From an uncultured Candidatus Binatia bacterium (GTDB taxonomy: Bacteria > Desulfobacterota > Binatia > UBA9968 > JAJDTQ01): a stretch of DNA of 64,000 nucleotides. Of this stretch, positions 62,467-64,000 are shown piece by piece. A program made the translations under genes and the position numbers. The notes below the pieces were generated by a model. It saw only the letters and a program-made list of their open reading frames with translations, did no database searches and was not told the DNA's origin. The stretch covers positions 2,208,001-2,272,000 of the forward strand of contig OZ251459.1 in NCBI GenBank assembly GCA_965242525.1, read 5' to 3'. Positions within the stretch are counted from its first letter, which is position 1. Every line of letters starts with the position of its first letter.

Positions 62467-62487
62467 TGGGAAGACGTCCCGACGCCG

Positions 62488-62796
62488 CTATTGCAGCTTG
62501 ATCTCCACGTCCACGCCCGCGGCCAAGTCCAGCTTTCCCAGGGCGTCGATGGTCTGCTGGGTGGGTTCGAGGATGTCCAGCAGCCTCTTGTGGGTGCGGA
62601 CCTCGAACTGCTCGCGCGACTTCTTGTCCACGTGCGGGGAGCGGTTCACCGTGAACCTCTCGATGCGCGTCGGGAGCGGGATGGGCCCGGCCACGCGCCC
62701 GCCGGTCCGCTTCACGGTCTCGACGATCTCCCCCACCGACTGGTCCAGCACCCGGTAGTCGTAGGCCTTGAGCCGAATGCGGATCTTCTCGTTCAC
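62488..62796 (-). CDS. rpsJ: 30S ribosomal protein S10
   Basis: [23 protein letters not shown]. Confidence 0.98.
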   Translation of the reverse strand: MNEKIRIRLKAYDYRVLDQSVGEIVETVKRTGGRVAGPIPLPTRIERFTVNRSPHVDKKSREQFEVRTHKRLLDILEPTQQTIDALGKLDLAAGVDVEIKLQ

Positions 62797-64000
62797 GCCC
62801 TCACCTCCCGGCCCAGCATGTCTTCCTTCACCGCTTCCGGCACTTCCTCGTAGCGCGAGAACTGCATGGTGTAGGTGGCCCTGCCCTGGGTCCGGGACCT
62901 CAGGTCGGTGGCGTAGCCGAACATCCGCGACAGCGGAACGCGGGACTCCACCACCTGCGCGTTCCCCTTGGAGGTCATTCCCAGGACCTTGCCCCGGCGC
63001 CCGCTGATGTCCCCGATCACGTCGCCCATGAACTCCTCGGGCACCACCACTTCCACGTCCATGACCGGCTCCAGCAGCACCGGAGCGGCCCGGCGCAACC
63101 CCGCGTTGAAGGCCATGGAGGCGGCGATGGTGAACGCCATCTCCGAGGAATCGACGTCATGGTAGCTGCCGTCCAGGAGCGAGACCTTCACGTCCACCAC
63201 CGGATACCCCGCCAAGCCGCCGTTGCTCATGGCCTGGACCACGCCGTTCTCCACCGCGGGCACGTATTCCTGCGGGATCACCCCCCCCTTGATGGCGTTG
63301 ACGAACTCGAACCCGCTGCCGGTGGGCTGCGGCTCCAGGCGCAGGAAGACGTGGCCGAACTGTCCGCGGCCCCCCGACTGCCTGACGAACCTTCCTTCCT
63401 GCTCCACCGTCCGGCGGACGGTCTCCTTGTAGGCCACCTGCGGCCGGCCCACGTTGGCGCCCACCTTGAACTCCCGAAGCAGCCGATCGACGATGACCTC
63501 CAGGTGGAGCTCCCCCATGCCCGAGAGCAGCGTCTGCCCGGTCTCCTGATCTACGGTGACCTGGAAGGAAGGGTCCTCCCTGGCGAGCTTCTGCAGGGAG
63601 ACCCCCAGCTTCTCCTGGTCGTCCCGGGACTTGGGCTCGACGGCGATGGATATGACCGGCTCGGGGAACTCGATGGACTCCAGGACGATGGGGTGGGCTT
63701 CGTCGCAAAGGGTGTCGCCGGTCTTGGCGCTGCGCAGGCCCACGGCCGCGGCGATGTCCCCTGCATGGACCTCGCTGATCTCCTCCCGCTTGTTGGCGTG
63801 CATCTTGAGGATGCGGCCCAGCCGCTCCCGCTGGCCGGTGGAAGCGTTGTGGACGAACGCCCCGGACGACCGGGCGCCGGAATAGACCCGGAAGAAGGTC
63901 AGTGTCCCCACGAAGGGATCGGTCATGATCTTGAACGCCAGCGCGGAGAACGGCGCTTCGTCGGAGGTCGGGCGGACCGCCTCGCGGCCGTCCTGCGGGT
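62793..64000 (-). CDS. fusA: Elongation factor G (C-terminal part; starts beyond the window end)
   Basis: [39 protein letters not shown]. Confidence 0.97.
   Translation of the reverse strand, partial: PQDGREAVRPTSDEAPFSALAFKIMTDPFVGTLTFFRVYSGARSSGAFVHNASTGQRERLGRILKMHANKREEISEVHAGDIAAAVGLRSAKTGDTLCDEAHPIVLESIEFPEPVISIAVEPKSRDDQEKLGVSLQKLAREDPSFQVTVDQETGQTLLSGMGELHLEVIVDRLLREFKVGANVGRPQVAYKETVRRTVEQEGRFVRQSGGRGQFGHVFLRLEPQPTGSGFEFVNAIKGGVIPQEYVPAVENGVVQAMSNGGLAGYPVVDVKVSLLDGSYHDVDSSEMAFTIAASMAFNAGLRRAAPVLLEPVMDVEVVVPEEFMGDVIGDISGRRGKVLGMTSKGNAQVVESRVPLSRMFGYATDLRSRTQGRATYTMQFSRYEEVPEAVKEDMLGREVRA

Overview
High-GC bacterial chromosome segment. Gene content and order are Deltaproteobacteria/Binatota-like, and the ankyrin protein, IS scars and palindromic repeats hint at a host-associated (e.g. 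sponge) symbiont; this is inference. The core blocks are tldD-pmbA, trpEG, dapL-folK, tRNA-fMet-coaD-rsmD, the peptidoglycan-recycling genes ldcA-hydrolase-mpl, groESL, ffh-rpsP-khpA-rimM-trmD-rplS-rarA, trpDCF-folC-lptD-gspD, and the S10-spc-alpha ribosomal cluster. That cluster lacks tuf, rpmD, adk and infA at their usual positions. The accessory patches are: (i) an AAA+/DUF4143 nuclease gene preceded by a 23-bp tandem array; (ii) a lower-GC islet at about 8.4-11.8 kb with an orphan M.EcoRV-like methyltransferase, a DUF5678-like gene, a coupled 'YDL' small protein plus PIN nuclease pair, and an ankyrin protein; (iii) a ParA-like ATPase plus unknown partner inserted before dapL; (iv) 31.3-39.3 kb, with a broken BrnTA, IS fragments and a seven-gene envelope/lipoprotein operon whose first gene carries a 28-nt poly-C tract. 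There is also an archaeal-type GAPDH-like gene and two families of dispersed palindromic repeats. All calls come from reading motifs by eye; no database searches were run.
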